DNA of 64,000 bases from Bryobacterales bacterium (lineage in GTDB: Bacteria > Acidobacteriota > Terriglobia > Bryobacterales > Bryobacteraceae): contig CAVRPF010000027.1 in the NCBI GenBank assembly GCA_963723015.1, forward strand, positions 184,073 through 248,072, read 5' to 3'. Made by a program: the position numbers and the translations under genes. How positions within the stretch are numbered: position 1 is the stretch's first letter; every line of letters begins with the position of its first letter. Shown in pieces: positions 63,668 to 64,000 of the stretch. The notes under the pieces are model-generated. The model saw nothing but the letters and a program-made list of their open reading frames with translations. It was not told where the DNA came from and ran no database searches.

Positions 63668-63669
63668 GG

Positions 63670-64000
<331 letters not shown>

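Overview
High-GC bacterial chromosome segment, most likely from a Solibacter/Bryobacter-like Acidobacterium. The taxon guess rests on a TIGR03437-type 'Solibacter C-terminal domain' on a large SBBP beta-propeller protein and a TIGR03435-like N-terminus at the left edge. The core of the window (18.6-38.8 kb) is one continuous translation supercluster: rpsL-rpsG-fusA-tuf, then the S10, spc and alpha blocks (rpsJ to rplQ, including secY, adk, map, rpoA). Six long palindromic intergenic repeats of two families interrupt this cluster. Left of it are four units. (i) A minus-strand operon: giant atypical Hsp70, ABC ATPase and a 554-aa membrane protein. (ii) An accessory islet: an MmeI-family type IIL R-M fusion, a ~147-aa unknown protein and a DUF1828/DUF1829 protein, all translationally coupled. 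(iii) A gene-free 0.7 kb stretch with two strong plus-strand intrinsic terminators, which is a candidate sRNA locus. (iv) A Zn-ADH/serA/Zn-ADH operon, a pseudo-receiver/RsbW-like kinase, maf, ppk2 and a NYN-LOTUS protein. Right of the cluster are DUF4337, tadA, a ZIP transporter, tRNA-Gln(CUG), a tesA/ybbA-like divergent pair and a decayed 2 kb stretch with an RHH antitoxin. Further right are the SBBP protein, a glycan and sugar-acid block (epimerase, TIM-barrel isomerase, GH57, GH39, GH27, UxaE-like, D-aminoacylase, MIOX, rhaM, fucP, SDR), a hybrid histidine kinase, clpS and a Uma2 nuclease. There is a major caveat: more than 40 frameshifts and 2 in-frame TAG codons interrupt genes, including tuf, fusA, secY, rpsG and rplX, and they cluster in blocks. 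Assembly indel errors are therefore likely, and pseudogene calls are provisional. No CRISPR array, rRNA, integrase or transposase was seen.
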